Part shown: positions 1-13,353 of the stretch, piece after piece
Numbering within the stretch: the stretch's first letter is position 1
Layout: every line of letters starts with the position of its first letter
The notes under the pieces: model-generated
Databases searched by the model: none
What the model was told of the DNA's origin: nothing
The model's input: only the letters and a program-made list of their open reading frames with translations
Position numbers and translations under genes: made by a program
DNA from: Squalus acanthias
Lineage: Eukaryota
Assembly: GCA_030390025.1 (NCBI GenBank)
Contig: CM059425.1
Span: 172,610,001 to 172,674,000 of the forward strand
DNA: 64,000 nucleotides
Direction of reading: 5' to 3'

Positions 1-139
1 ACGTACAGAAATAGAAGGCGATATTTCCCCCCGACTCAGGCTTTAAGTTGCGCGACACATCCCCTAGGCCCGGCCACTGACAGGATTCCAGAGGCTGGGA
101 ACAGACCAGGAACAAGTCAGATTTCTCGACTCACGAGCC

Positions 140-400
140 TGTGACAGTGGCTCATGCTGTGGTTGTTGCGGCTGATTTGGCGGCCTGGAGCAGGCATTCA
201 GTGGCAGTTACGGTGGACGGCCGGTTACTCTCCCTGCCCTGTCTCCTCCTCCCTCACTCACTCACTCACCTCCGAGCAGCGTCACCCCCACAGCAAAAAA
301 ACACCGCGCGGCCCGCAATAAATAAACACGTCACTGAGGAGCTGCCAGCCAATCAGCGCCCACACAGTAACTGACCGGGAGAGGAGGAGGGCCGTAGGAG
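140..400 (-). promoter_or_regulatory. CpG-rich promoter / probable first non-coding exon of a leftward host gene
   Basis: CpG-rich; CCAAT box (GCCAATCAG ~348-356); CRE-like CACGTCA 327-333; consensus donor GAG|GTGAGT on the minus strand (exon end 270, intron from 269). Confidence 0.55.
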
Positions 401-795
401 AGGGAATTAGGAGGCAGTGGGAGAGGAGGGGGAATTAGGGGGCAAGAGGAGAGGAGGGGTAAGAGGAGAGGAGGGGCAATTAGGGGACAAAAGGAGAGGG
501 GGGTAATAGGGGAAGGCCAAGGAGAGGCAGAAGGGCAATGAAGAGGACAATAAATGAGCAATAGAGTAGAAGCGGCAGAGGGCAAGCAATAGAAGACAAG
601 GTAGGGAAATGAGTGGATGGCAGGAGAGAAACTCGCAATAGGAACAATTAAGTTAGGCAATAGGAGAGAAGGAAGGGTAAAGAGGGGTAGTCGGAGAGAA
701 GAGCGACAATACAGGAAGAGAGGCAATAGGAGCAAGGGAGGAGGTGAGGTGAGAAGAGAAGCACAGGGATGGAAAGGGCTGGAGAGTACAGTGAG
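376..795. repeat. Purine-rich (GA) low-complexity tract
   Basis: Almost pure G/A with recurring gaggag/ggcaat units; explains the Pro/Leu/Ser-rich spurious ORFs. Confidence 0.85.
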
Positions 796-965
796 AGGGA
801 GGGAGTGAATGTTTTTAAAGGTGATGGATGGGGTGCCAATCAAGCGGGCTGCTTTGTCTTGGATGGTGTCGAGCTTCTTGAATGTTGTTGGAGCTGCACT
901 CATCCAGGCGAGTGGAGAGACACTCGCTGCAGAATACCCAGCCTCTGACCTGTTCTTGTTGCCAT
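795..965 (-). mobile_element. Fragment of divergent CR1-group (Zenon-like) LINE, RT C-terminus
   Basis: SPLAWMSAAPTTFKKLDTIQDKAARLIG, same family as 15323-18545 and 32291-33281. Confidence 0.85.
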
Positions 966-967
966 AG

Positions 968-1130
968 TATTTGTGTGGTTCCTCTAGGGAGTACAGCCAG
1001 AGCCAAGTCCATGGCACAGCTGTACGGGGGGTGTGGGGGGAGATCGGGAAAGCAATAGTGGTAGGGGCTTCGGTAGTTAGGGGAACAGACAGGCATTTTT
1101 GCGGCTGCAGACATGATTCCAGGATGGTAT
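968..1130 (+). mobile_element. CR1 subfamily B, ORF1 esterase 5' part (interrupted by CR1-A)
   Basis: KAIVVGASVVRGTDRHFCGCRHDSRMV continues as CCLPGARVKDV at 10640; GTAT duplicated at 1127-1130 and 10637-10640. Confidence 0.8.
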
Positions 1131-1343
1131 ACGCAGAGCGGGATTAAACGGAGTGGACTTGAACAGAGTGCTTTGGTTGGGAATTTGGAAAGAGTGGGAA
1201 TTTCTGGTAAGTATTGGGTAAGTAGAAGCTGTAAAAAGTGAAATTTAGTTTAAGATTTTGATTTTAACATAGAACTTTAAAACTTTAAAAACTGTATTTA
1301 ACAGAAGCTGACTGCCAGTGGCAGGTAACTGTCAGTCAGGTGT

Positions 1344-1746
1344 ACTCTTTTTGGTGCACACAAAAACAAATAAACTGTAACTTATCTTAAAACATTAAAG
1401 GAAACTTAACAAATTAAATTAAAATTCCATTGCCAGTGGTGATAATGCACTCCAGTCCCTGCGGTGCCCACCGGTCGCGGACACCACGTGCTCCATCTCC
1501 AGGGCCACCCGGGCGCGAACGTGGCCGCGGAAGAGAGTCAGGCCGAACAACCCCCTCGACCGCCCGCTGCTGGACCAGTTAATGGCCACTTTGGCCAGGC
1601 CCAGGAGCAGTCCAATGAGGAGGTCCTCCGACTGCCCGCTCCCCTCCGCACCAGGTGACCAAAGATAAGGAGCGTGGGACTGAAGTGCAGCCAAAAATCG
1701 AGGAGCAGCCCAACCCCTTCAAATAATGGAAATGGGGCTGCAACCT
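1344..1746 (-). mobile_element. 5'-truncated Tx1-clade (L1 group) LINE 3' end
   Basis: LLIGLLLGLAKVAINWS...FRGHVRARVALEMEHVVS resembles a Tx1 ORF2 C-terminus; 15-bp TSD CTGTCAGTCAGGTGT at 1329-1343 and 1747-1761. Confidence 0.8.
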
Positions 1747-2320
1747 CTGTCAGTCAGGTGTTCGTGCTTGTCTTGAATAGGTGCTAATCACCAGGAGCAG
1801 GGGAGCTGAATCATCACTTGTAAATTGGGTGAGGCTCCAAGTGTATAAAAGTAAACATTTCTACAGAGCGGTCTGCACAGAGCGGAATTAAACGGAGTGG
1901 ACTTGAACAGAGTGCTTCGGTTGGGAATTTGGAGAAAAGAGGGAAGGAGTTGTTTTTTGCCTACACTACTTGTAGTGCTTTGTGTTACAGGTAGATATTT
2001 AATTTCAGTACCCTTAATTTAATCTAGATCAAGTAGTCAGGAAACTACACTGTAAAGTAATTTACCTAATTACAAATTTAAATAATTTAATTAAATAAAT
2101 CAAGGTCATATAGGGATGGCGGTGTGCCGCAACTGCAGCATGTAGGAGTTTGTGGAGAGCATTGTGATCCCGGACAACCACGTTTGGAGTAAGTGCCTGC
2201 ATCTTGAGGAACTTCAGCTCAGAGTTTTTGATCTGGAGTCTGAGGTGCAGACATTGCGGGGCATCAAGGATGGGGAGAGTTACCTGGACACTTTGATCCA
2301 GGAGGCAGTCACACCCCTTA

Positions 2321-3784
2321 TTGGGAATTTGGAAAGAGTGGGAATTTGAAGAGCGGGAAGAAGGAGTTATTTTTTGCCTACACTACTTGTAGTGTTTTGT
2401 GTTACAGGACATTTAGAAAATCATAATACAGTCAAGCAGAGTCAGCATGGTTTTATGAAAGGGAAATGATGTTTGACAAATTTACTAGAGTTCTTTGAGG
2501 ATGTGACGAGCAGGGTGGATAAAGGGGAACCAGTAATGAGCAGGGTGGATAAAGGGGAACCAACAACGAGCAGGGTGGATAAAGGGGAAACAGTAGATGT
2601 AGTGTATTTGGATTTCCAGAAGGCATTCGATAAGGTGCCACATAAAAGGTTACTACACAAGATAAGAGCTCATGGGGTTGGGTGTAATATATCAGCATGG
2701 CTAGAGGATTGGCTAACAAACAGGGAGTTGGGATAAATGGGTCATTTTCAGGTTGGCAAACTGTAACTAGTGGGGTGCCACAGGGATCAGTGCTGGGGCC
2801 TCCGCTGTTTACAATCTATATTAATGACTTGGATGAAGGGATCGAGTGTAATGTAGCCAAATTTGCTGATGATACAAAGATAGGTGGGAAAGCAAGTTGT
2901 GAAGAGGACACAAAGAATCTGCAAAGGGATATAGATAGGTTAAGTGACTGGGCAAAAATTTGGCAGATGGAGTATAATGTGGGAAAATGTGAGGTTATCC
3001 ACTTTGGTAGGAAAAATAAAAAAACAAATTATTATTTAAATGGAGACTACAAAATGCTGCGGTATAGAGGGATCTGGGGTCCTTGTACATGAAACACAAA
3101 AAGTTAGCATGCAGGTACAGCAAGTAATTAGGAAGGCAAATGGAATGTTGGCCTTTATTGCAAGGGGGATGGAGTATACAAGTAGGCAAGTCCTGATACA
3201 ACTGTACAGGGCGTTGGTGAGACCACACCTGGAGTACTGAGTAGAGTTTTGGTCTCCTTATTTAAGGAGGGATATACTTGCATTGAAGGCAGTTCAGAGA
3301 AGGTTCACTAGTTTGATTCCTGAGATGAAGGGGTTGTCTTATGAAGAAAGGTTGAGCAGGTTGGGCCTATACTCATTGGAGTTTAGAAGAATGAGCGGTG
3401 ATCTGATTGAAATGTATAAGATCCTGAGGGGGCTTGACAGGGTGGATGCAGAGAGGATATTTCCCCTCGTGGGGGAATCTAGAACTAGGGGGCATAGTTT
3501 CAGAATAAGGGGTCGCCCATTTAAAACGGAAATGAGGAGGAATTTCTTCTCTCAGAGGGTTGTAAATCTTTGGAAATCTCTACCCCAGAGAGCTGAGGAA
3601 GCTGGGTCACTGAATATATTCAAGACGGAGATAGACAGGTTTTTGAACGATAAGGGAGTCAACGGTTATGGGGAGCGGGCAGGAACGTGGAGTTGAGGCC
3701 AAGACCAGATCATCCATGATCTTATTGAATGGCGGAGCAGGCTTGAGGGACCAAATAACCTACTCCTGCTCCTATTCTGTTCTT
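2321..3784 (+). mobile_element. Chimeric CR1 insertion: 5'UTR fragment fused to RT and 3' tail
   Basis: 2321-2407 matches the 5'UTR monomers; 2408-3784 is RT (QHGF, GVPQGSVLGP, FADDTK) plus tail; host ORF1 resumes at 3785. Confidence 0.8.
2506..2590 (+). repeat. 3 x 30-bp in-frame tandem duplication within RT
   Basis: GAGCAGGGTGGATAAAGGGGAA repeated three times (SRVDKGE x3). Confidence 0.9.
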
Positions 3785-5936
3785 CGGTTAGGGAGTGGTA
3801 CAGGTCTGGTTAGTGGTCAGGGACAGGAGGGTGTGACTGCAACTCAGGCAGGTAAGGGGACCCCAGGTGCAGTGCTGGAGGAGCCTCAGCCTTTGCCCTT
3901 ATCCAACAGGTATGAGGTTCTTGCTGCTTGTGTAGATGACGGAAAAGCCTGTAGGATGGATGAGCAGGCTGACTATGGCACCATGGTGCAGGAGGCCATT
4001 CAAGTGGGGGGAGTGAAAGGGAATGTAGTTGTGGTAGGGGACAGTATAGTCAGGGGGATAGATACTGTTCTCTGCAGCTGCGACAGAGTTCCGAAGATTG
4101 TGTTGCCTGCCCGATGCCAGGGTTAAGGACATCTCCTCGTGGCTGGAGAAGAACTTGGAGTGGGAGGGGGAGAGGCAAGGGGAGGACCCAGTTGTCGTGG
4201 TCCACGTAGGAACCAATGACATAGGTAGAACTAGGAATGAGGTTCTGCTGAGGGAGTTTGAGGAGCTAGGATCCAAATTAAAAAGCAAAACCTCAAAGGT
4301 AATAATCTCTGGGTTGTTACCTGAGCCACACGCAAATTGGCATTGGGACAAACAGATTAGAGGTTTAAATGCGTGGCTCAAAGAGTGGTGTGGGAGGAAG
4401 GGGTTTTGGTTCATGGGGCACTGGCACCAGTACTGGGGAAAGAGCGAGCTGTTCTGTTGGGACGGGCTCCACTTAAACTGGGCTGGGACCAGTGTCCTGG
4501 CGAACCGAATAACTAGGGCAGTAGACAGGGCTTTAAACTAATGAAGGGGGGGGGGGGGCGGGAGGATTCAGGAAAGAGTAAATTTAAAAGCAGCGAGAGA
4601 AATGTCAAGGCTCTAGAGCAGAGTAGTTTTGGGTAAAAATAAGCAGAGTGGGTCAGGAAGGGACAGAGAGAGTAACAAAGGTAATAAGGCATCAGTGACT
4701 AAGGTGACAACAGGGAAAAAGAAAAATAAGTCAAAGCTAAAGGCACTATATCTGAATGCGCAAAGTATTCGCAACAAAATAGATGTATTAATATGTTTGA
4801 TCTAATAGTCATAACGGAGACGTGGTTGCAAAGTGGCCAAGGTTGGGAACTAAATATTCCAGGATACATAACTTTTAGAAGGGAAAGGCAAAATGAAAGA
4901 GGATGGGTAACCCTGATAATAAAGGATGGGATAAAGACAGTAGAGAGAAAGCATCTTGGCTCTGAAAATCAAGAAGTAAAATCAGTTTGGGTGGAGCTAA
5001 GAAACAGCAAGGGGAAGAAAACATTGGTGGGAGTTGTTTATAGGCCCCCAAACAGTAGTTGTAATATAGGACAGTGTATAAATCAGGAAATTAGAGAGGC
5101 ATGTAACAAGGGTAATACAGTAATCATGGGGGTCTTTAATCTAAATATAGACTGGGCAAACCAAATTTGTAAGTAATAGTATGGAGGATGACTTCATGGG
5201 ATGTATGCAAGATAGTTTTCTAGATCAGTATGTTGAGGAACCAACTAGTAAACAGGCTATTTTAGATCTAGTATTGTGCAACGAGAAAGGGTTAATTAAT
5301 AACTTTGTAGTAAAGGGGCCTTTAGGGAAGAGTGACCATAATATGATAGAATTTTATATTGAGTTTGAAAGTAACTTAGTTAAATCCAAAACTAGGGTCT
5401 CAAATCTAAACAAAGCAAACTACATAGGTATGAGGGGCGAGTTGGCTAAGGTAGATTGGGAAACTACATTAAAAGGTATGACAGTGGACGAGCAATGGCT
5501 AGCATTTAAAGAATTAATACATAATTTACAACAAATATACATTCCTTTAAGGCACAAAAACCCCACAGGAAAAGTGGTCCAACCGTGGCTAACGAGAAGT
5601 TAAAGGTAGTATTAGATCAAAGGAAGGGGCTTATAATGCTGCCAAAAAGAGCAGTAAGCCTGAGGATTGGGAAGATTTTAGAATTCAGCAAAGGAAGACC
5701 AAGAAATTGATAAAGAAAGGGAAAATAGAATATGAGAGTAAATTAGCGAGACACATAAAAACAGAATGTAAAAGCTTCTAAAGGTATGTAAAAAGGAAAA
5801 GATTAGCGCAAGTAAATGTGGGTCCCTTACAGGCTGAGACAGGAGAAATTATAATGGGGAACAAGGAAATGGCTGAGAAATTAAACAAATACTTAGTGTC
5901 TGTCTTCACGGAAGACGACGCAAAAACTTCTCAGAA

Positions 5937-8900
5937 TGGGACCAACATCCTTGCGGGGAGGTTTGCTAGTACTGTTTGGGGGGGGGGGGTGTTAAATTAA
6001 CTTGTCAGGGGGATGGGATACGGAGTGGAGCTATAGTAGGGGTGATGCACAGCCAAATATAGAGGAACAAACAAGTCAGCCTGGAAGGCAGAGCAAATAT
6101 GTAACGGCACAAGGGAGTATGGCAAGGCTGAATGGCATTTATTTTAATGCAAGGAGTCTTGCGAGTAAGGCAGATGAATTGAAGGTATTGATGTACACAT
6201 GGGAGTATGATATTGTTGCTATCACAGAGACATGGTTGAGGGAGGGGCAGGACTGGCAGCTCAATATTCCGGGGTATAGAATCTTCAGGCTAGACAGAGG
6301 GGGGTGTCGCAATATTAATCAAGGAGTCAATTACTGCTGTAAGGAGGGATGATATCTTAGCAGGTTCCTCTAATGAGGCCATATGGGTGGAACTTAAAAA
6401 CAAAAAGGGGGCAAGCACTTTGCTGGGAGTGGACTATACGCCCCCAAACAGTCAGGGGGAGATAGAGGAACAGATATGTAGGCAAATCTCAGAGAAGTGT
6501 AGAAATAACAGGGTAATAATAGTAGGGGATTTCAACTTCCCCAATATTAACTGGGATAGTCAGAGTGTGAAAGGCTTAAGAGGGTGCGGAATTCTTAAAG
6601 AGCATCCAGGAGAGCTTTTTGAGCCAGCATGTAGAAAGTCCTGCAAGAGAGGGGGTGGTACTGGACCTAATTCTAGGGAATGTAGCCAGGCAAGTGGTAG
6701 AAGTGTCAGTAGGAGAACATTTTGGTGATGGTGACCATAATTCAGTGAGATTTAAGGTAGTCATGGAAAAGGACAAAGATGGACCGGTAATAAAGGTTCT
6801 AAATTGGGGGAAGGCCGATTTTAATATGATAAGGCAGGATATGGCCAAAGTGGACTGGGATCCGCTACTTGTAGGAAAATCCACATCAGAGCAGTGGGAG
6901 TCATTCAGAAAGGAAATAGAGAGAGTACAGCGCCAACATGTTCCTGTAAAGGTCAAGGGTGGGACCAACAATTCCAGGGAACCCTGGATGTCAAGGGATA
7001 TACAAGAATGGATTAGGAAAAAAAGGGAGGCTTTTGGCAGATACAAAGGACTAAAAACAGTGGAAGCCCTAGAGGAGTATAGAAAGTGCAGAGGGGTACT
7101 TAAAAAAGAAATTAGGAGAACGAAGAGGGGGCATGAAAAAACACTGGCTGGCAAAATAAAGGAAAATCCCAAGGTGTTTTATAAGTATATTAAGGGCAAG
7201 AGGATAACCAGGGAAAGAGTAGGGCCCATTAGGGACCAAAGTGGCAATCCGTGTGTAGAGCCGGAAGATGTAGGTGAGGTTTTAAATGAATATTTTGCAT
7301 CTGTGTTCACTATGGAGAAGGACGATGTAGGCATAGAAATCGGGCAGGGGGATTGTGATATACTTGAACAAATTAGTATTGAGAGGGAGGAGGTAGTAGC
7401 GGTTTTAGCGGGTTTAATAGTGGCTAAATCCCCAGGCCCAGACGACATGTATCCCAGGCTGCTGTGTGAGGCAAGGGAGGAGATTGCAGGGGCTCTGACA
7501 CAAATTTTCAGAACCTCTCTGGCCACAGGTTTGGTGCCAGAGGACTGGAGGACAGCTAACGTAGTAGCATTATTCAAGAAGGGTAGTAGGGATAAACCAA
7601 GGAATTACAGGCCAGTGAGCCTAACATCAGTGGTAGGGAAATTATTGGAAAAAATTCTGAGGGACAGAATTAGTCTCCACTTGGAGAGGCAAGGATTAAT
7701 CAAGGATAGTCAGCATGGTTTTGTTAGGGGGAGATCATGTCTAACCAATTTGATTGAATTTTTCGAGGGGGTGACTCGGTGTGTGGATGAGGGTAGTGCA
7801 GTTGATGTAATCTACAAGGACTTCAGTAAGGCTTTTGACAAAGTCCCACATGGGAGACTGGTCAAGAAGGTAAGAGCCCATGGGATCCAGGGCAATTTGG
7901 CAGGAGGCAGAGGGTGATGGTCGAAGGTTGTTTTTGTGACTGGAAGCCTGTGTCCAGTGGTGTACCGCAAGGATCGGTGCTGGGTCCTTTGCTGTTTGTA
8001 GTGTACATTAATGATTTAGATATGAATATAGGAGGTATGATCAGTAAGTTCGCAGATGACACGAAAATTGGTGGAGTGGCAAATAGCGAGGAGGGAAGCC
8101 TCAGGCTACGGGACGAGATAGACGGGTTGGTTAGATGGGCAGAACAGTGGCAAATGGAATTTAACCCTGAAAAGTGTGAGGTGATGCATTTTGGGAGGAC
8201 TAACAAGGCAAGGGAATACACAATGAATGGTAGGACCCTCGGAAGGACAGAGGATCAGAGGGACCTTGGTGTGCATGTACATAGATCCCTGAAGGCAGCA
8301 GGACAGGTAGATAAGGTGGTTAAAAAGGCATATGGGATACTTTCCTTCATTAGCCGAGGCATAGAATATAAGAGCAGGGAGGTTATGATGGAGCCGTACA
8401 AAACGCTAGTTAGGCCACAGCTGGAATACTGTGTGCAGTTCTGGTCGCCACACTGTAGGAGGAATGTGATTGCATTGGAGAGGGTGCAGAGGAGATTCAC
8501 CAGGATGTTACCTGGGCTGGAGCGCTTCAGCTATGAAGAGAGACTGGACAGGCTGGGGTTGTTTTCCTTCAAGCAGAGAAGGCTGAGGGGGGACCTGATT
8601 GAGGTGTACAAAATTATGAGGGGCATAGATAGGGTAGATAGAAATGAACTTTTCCCCTTAGTAGAGGGGTCAATAACCAGGGGTCATAGTTTCAAGGTAA
8701 GGGGCAGGAGGTTTAAAGGGGATTTGAGGAAAAACTTTTTCACCCAGAGGGTGGTTGGAATCTGGAACTCACTGCCTGAAAGGGTGGTAGAGGCAGGAAC
8801 CCTCACAACATTCAAGAAGCATTTAGATGAGCACTTGAAACGCCATAGCATACAAGGCTACGGACCAAGTGCTGGAAAATGGGATTAGAATAGACAGGGC

Positions 8901-8966
8901 TTGATGGCCGGCGCGGACACAATGGGCCGAAGGGCCTCTTTCTGTGCTGTATAACTCTATGACTCT
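5937..8966 (+). mobile_element. CR1 subfamily C (ORF1 end + near-complete ORF2) nested in CR1-A ORF2
   Basis: APE motifs (ITETWL, GDFN, DHN), long RT ORFs 6619-7917 and 7914-8888, tail CTCTATGACTCTA; host resumes AATAGTGG, as in the empty site at ~30863. Confidence 0.9.
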
Positions 8967-10636
8967 AAATAGTGGACAACCAAGGGTCTAGCGAGAATGA
9001 GGAACTGAAAGAAATTAGTATTAGTAAAAAAGTAGTACTGGAGAAATTAATGGGACTGAAAGCCGATAAATTACCCTGGACCTGATGGCCTACATCCTAG
9101 GGTTTTGAAAGAGTTGGCTATAGAGATAGTGGATGCATTGGTTGTCATTTTCCAAAATTCCATGGATTCTAGAATGGTTCCCGCGGATTGGAAGGTAGCA
9201 AATGTAACCCTACTATTTAAGAAAGGAGGGAGAGAGAAAACGGGGAACTACAGACCAGTTAGCCTGACATCAGTAGTAGGGAAAATGCTGGAATCTATTG
9301 TTAAGGACGTGATAACCAAGCACTTAGAAAATAATAATAGGATTGGGCAGAGTCAACACGGATTTATGAAAGGAAATCGTGTTTGACAAATCTGTTAGAA
9401 TTTTTTGAGGATGTAACTAGCAGAATAGATAAGGGGGAATCAGTGGATGTGGTGTATTTGGATTTTCAGAAGGCATTTGATAAGGGGCCACCCAAGTGGT
9501 TATTAAACAAAATTAGGGCTTATGGGATTGGGGGTAATATAACTAGCATGGATTGAGGATTGGTTAATGGACAGAAAACAGAGAGTAGGAATAAACATGT
9601 CATTTTTGGGTTGGCAGGCTGTAACTAGTGGGTACCGAAAGGATCAGTGCTTGGGTCTCGGCTATTCACAATCTACATCAATGATTTGGATGAGGGGACC
9701 AAATGTAATATATCCAAGTTTGCTGATGATACAAAGCTGGGTGGGAATGTAAGTTGTGAGGAGGATGCAAAGAGGCTTCAAGGGGATATAGACAGGCTAA
9801 GTGAGTGGGCAAGAACATGTTAAATGGAATATAATGTGGAGAAATTTGAAGTTATCCACTTTGGCAGGAAAAATAGAAAAGCAGAGTATTTTTTAAATGG
9901 TGAGAGATTGGGAAATGTTGGTGTTCAGAGGGACCTGGGTGTCCTTGTACACGAATCACTGAAAGTTAACATGCAGGTACAGCAAGCAATTAGGAAAGCA
10001 AATGGTATGTTGGCCAGGATTTGAGTATAAGAATAAAGACGTCTTGCTGCAATTATATAGGGCCCTGGTGAGACCACATCTGGAGTACTGTGTACAGTTT
10101 TGGTCTCCTTACCTAAGAAAGGATATACTTGAATTGGAGTGAGTGCAACGAAGGTTTACCAGATTGGTTTCCTGGGATGAGGGGATTGTCCTATGAGGAC
10201 AGATTGAGTAGACTAGGCCTATATTCTCTAGAATTTTGAAGAATGAGAGGTGATCTCATTGAAACATACAAAATTATTACAGGGCTTGACAGGGTAGATA
10301 CAGGGAGGATGTTTCCCTGGCTGGGGAGTCGAGAACCACAGGTCACAGTCTCAGAATAAGGGTCGGCCATTTAGGACTGAGATGAGGAGAAATTTCTTCA
10401 CTCAGAGGATGGTAAATCTTTGGAATTCTCTACCCCAGAGGGCTGTGGAGGCTCAGTCATTGAGTATATTCAAAACAGAGATCGATAGATTTTTGAAAAT
10501 TAAGTGAATCAAGGGATATGGAGATAGTTCAGGAAAGTGGAGATGAGGTAGAAGATCAGCCATGATCTTATTGTATGGCAGAGCAGGCTCGAAGGGCCAA
10601 ATGGCCTATTCCTGCTCCTATTTCTTATGTTCTTAT

Positions 10637-13353
10637 GTATGTTGCCTCCCTGGTGCCAGGGTCAAGGATGTCACTGAGCGGCTGCAGAACATTCTGAGGG
10701 GGCAGGGTGAACAGCCAGAGGTCGTGGTCCATATCGGTACCAACACCATCGGTAAAAAGAGGGATGAGGTCCTGCAGGCAGATTTTAGGGAGTTAGGAAA
10801 AGATTAAAAAGCAGGACCTTAAAGGTAGTAATCTCTGGATTAATCCCAGTGCCATGAGCTAGTGAGTATAGAAATAAGAAGATAGAGCAGATGAACGCGT
10901 GGCTGGAGAGATGGTGCAGGAGGGAGGGCTTCAGATTCCTGGGACATTGGGACCAGTTCTGGGGGAGGTGGGACCTGTATAGGCCGGACGGGTTGCACCT
11001 CAACAGGGCTGGAACCAATGTCCTCGCAGGGGGGTTTGCTAGTGCTGTTGGGGAGGGTTTAAACTAATTTGGCAGGGGGATGGGCACCAGGATGTAGCAT
11101 TAGAAAGGAGGAACAAAGTACACAAAGGTTCAGGAGAGACAGACAGCACTAGAATAAGAAATAGTAAGTTATTATGTGGGGTCAGACTAAGAGAGAATAC
11201 AAGAAGGTGTAAGATAGGTTTACAGTGCATGTGTGTAAACGCACGAAGCGTAGTAAATAAGGTTGGTGAGCTGCAGGAGCAAATAGTCACATGGGAATAT
11301 GGTGTTGTGGCGATAACTGAGACCTAGCTCAAAAAGGGGCAGGATTGGGTTTTAAATATTCCTGGGTATAAGGTGTTCAGGAAAGATAGGGAAGAAAAGA
11401 AAGGAGGTAGGGTGGCAGTATTGGTTAAGGAGAATGTTAGTGCTGGAGAGAGAGGATATCCTGGAGGGGTCAAGGACAGAATATATTTGGTTAGTGTTAA
11501 GAAACAATAGAGGTACCATTACACTACTAGGTGTATTCTATAGGCCACCAACTAGTGGGAAAGATATAGAGGAGCAAATTTGCAGGGAAATTGGAGAGGT
11601 GCAAGAACTATAGATTAGTGATAATGGGGGACTTCAATTATCCTAATATAGATTGGGATAGTAATAGTGTAAAGGGCAGAGATGGGGAAAGTGTGTTCAT
11701 GAGAACCTTTCTGATCAGTACGTTTCCGGCCGAACAAGGAAGGAGGCATTGTTGGATCTGGTTCTGCGGAATGAGGTGGGTCAAGTGGAGCAATATCAGT
11801 AGGGAAACATTTAGGGAACAGTGATCATAGTATCATAAGGTTTAGATTAGCTATGGAAAAGGACAGGTAGCAATCTAGAGTAAAATTACTTAATTGGAAG
11901 AAGGCAAATTTCAGTGGGTTGAGAATGGATCTGGCCCGGGTAAACTGGAATCAAAGATTGGCAGGCAAACTGTAATCAAACAATGGGCTTCCCTTTAAAG
12001 AGATGGTTCAGGTACAGTCGAGGCACATTCCCACGAGGGGGAAAGGTAGGGCAACTAAAGCCAGAGCTCCCTGGATGATGAAAGAGATAGAGAGTAAGAT
12101 GAAGCAGAAAAAGAGCGCGCATGACCGATGTCAGGTTGAGAATACAAGTGAGAATCATGCTGAATATAGGAAGTTCAGAGGGGAAGTGAAAAAGAAAATA
12201 AGAGGGGCAAAGAGAGAGTATGAGGATAGATTGGCAGCTAACATAAAAGGGAATTCAAAAGTCTTCTATACGCATATAAATAGTAAATGGGTAGTAAGAG
12301 GAGGGGTGGGGCTGATTAGGAACCAAAAAGGAAACCTATGCATGGAGGCAGAGGGCATGGCTGAGGTACAAAATGAGTACTTTGCATTTGTCTTCACCAA
12401 GTAAGAAGATGCTGCCAAAGTCATAGTGAAAGAGGAGGTAGTGGAGATACTGGATGAGATAAAAATTGATAGAGGAGGTATTAGAAAGGCTGGTTGTACT
12501 TAAAGTTGATAAGTCACCAGGACCGGATGGGATGCGTCCTAGGATGCTGAGGGAAGTTGAGGAAATCGCGGTGGTACTGGCCATAATCTTCCAATCCTCC
12601 TTAGATATGGGGGTGGTGCCAGAGGACTGGATAATTGCAAATGTTACACCCACAAGGGTGTAAGGATATACCCAGCAATTACAGGCTAGTCAGTTTAACC
12701 TCGGTAGTGGGGAAGCTTTTAGAAACGATAATGAGGGACAAAGTTAACATTCACTTGGACAAGTGTGGATTAATTAAGGAAAGCCAGCATGGATTTGTTA
12801 ATGGCAAATCGTGTTTAACTAACTTGATTGAGTTTTTTGATGAGGTAATAGAGAGCGTTGATGAGGGCAATGCGGTTGACGTGTGTACATGGACTTTGAA
12901 AAGGTGTTTGATAAAGTGCCACATAATAGGTTTGTCAGCAAAGTTGAAGCCCATGGAATAAAAGGAACAGTGGCAGTATGGATATGAAATTGGCTAAGTG
13001 ACAGGAAACTGAGAGTAGTGGTGAACGGTTGTTTTTCGGACTGGAGGAAGGTATACATTGGTGTTCCCCAGGGGTCGGTATTAGGGCCATTGCTTTTCTT
13101 GAGATATATATTAATGACTTGGACTTGGGTGTACAGGGCACAATTTCAAAATTTGCAGATCACACAAAACTTGGAAGTATAGTGAACAGTGAGGAGGATA
13201 GTGATAGACTTCAAGAAGACATAGGCAAGCTAGTGAAATGGGCGGACACGTGGCAGATGAAATTTAATGCAGAAAAGTGCAAAGTGATACATTTTGGTAG
13301 TAAGAATGAGAGGCAATATAAACTAAAGGGCACAATCCTAAAGGGGGTGCATG
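10637..13353 (+). mobile_element. CR1 subfamily B, remainder (ORF1 esterase end, APE, RT); 3' end missing
   Basis: CCLPGARVKDV, VVHIGTN, DGLHLN; GDFNYP; SQHGF; FADHTK; many frameshifts. Confidence 0.88.

Larger units (their letters stand above)
2116..4541 (+). pseudogene. CR1-A ORF1 (Zn-finger/leucine zipper + SGNH/GDSL esterase), split by insertion 2321-3784
   Basis: CRNC..WSKC, LEELQLRVFDLESEV, VVVGDSIVRG, VVVHVGTNDIG, DGLHLN; internal stop and frameshift. Confidence 0.9.
1131..10636 (+). mobile_element. Full-length decayed CR1 LINE (subfamily A, copy 1) carrying three nested insertions
   Basis: 5'UTR with repeated monomer (1131, ~1876), ORF1 (ATG 2116), APE endonuclease (~4740-5400), RT (FADDTK ~9720), 3' tail (TTATGTTC)n. 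Confidence 0.9.

Noticed and set aside
331..1017. 228-aa minus ORF
   Set aside because: Artefact of a LINE fragment running into the GA-rich low-complexity tract
2506..2590. CRISPR-like repeat-spacer pattern
   Set aside because: Simple 30-bp tandem duplication of RT coding sequence in a eukaryotic LINE
4098..4541. GDSL esterase as a host gene
   Set aside because: It is the known esterase domain of CR1 ORF1, directly upstream of APE/RT
10232..10242. Shared TTT-TGA stop in both CR1-A copies as proof of common descent
   Set aside because: Could arise independently by CpG decay of CGA; only the shared frameshift was used
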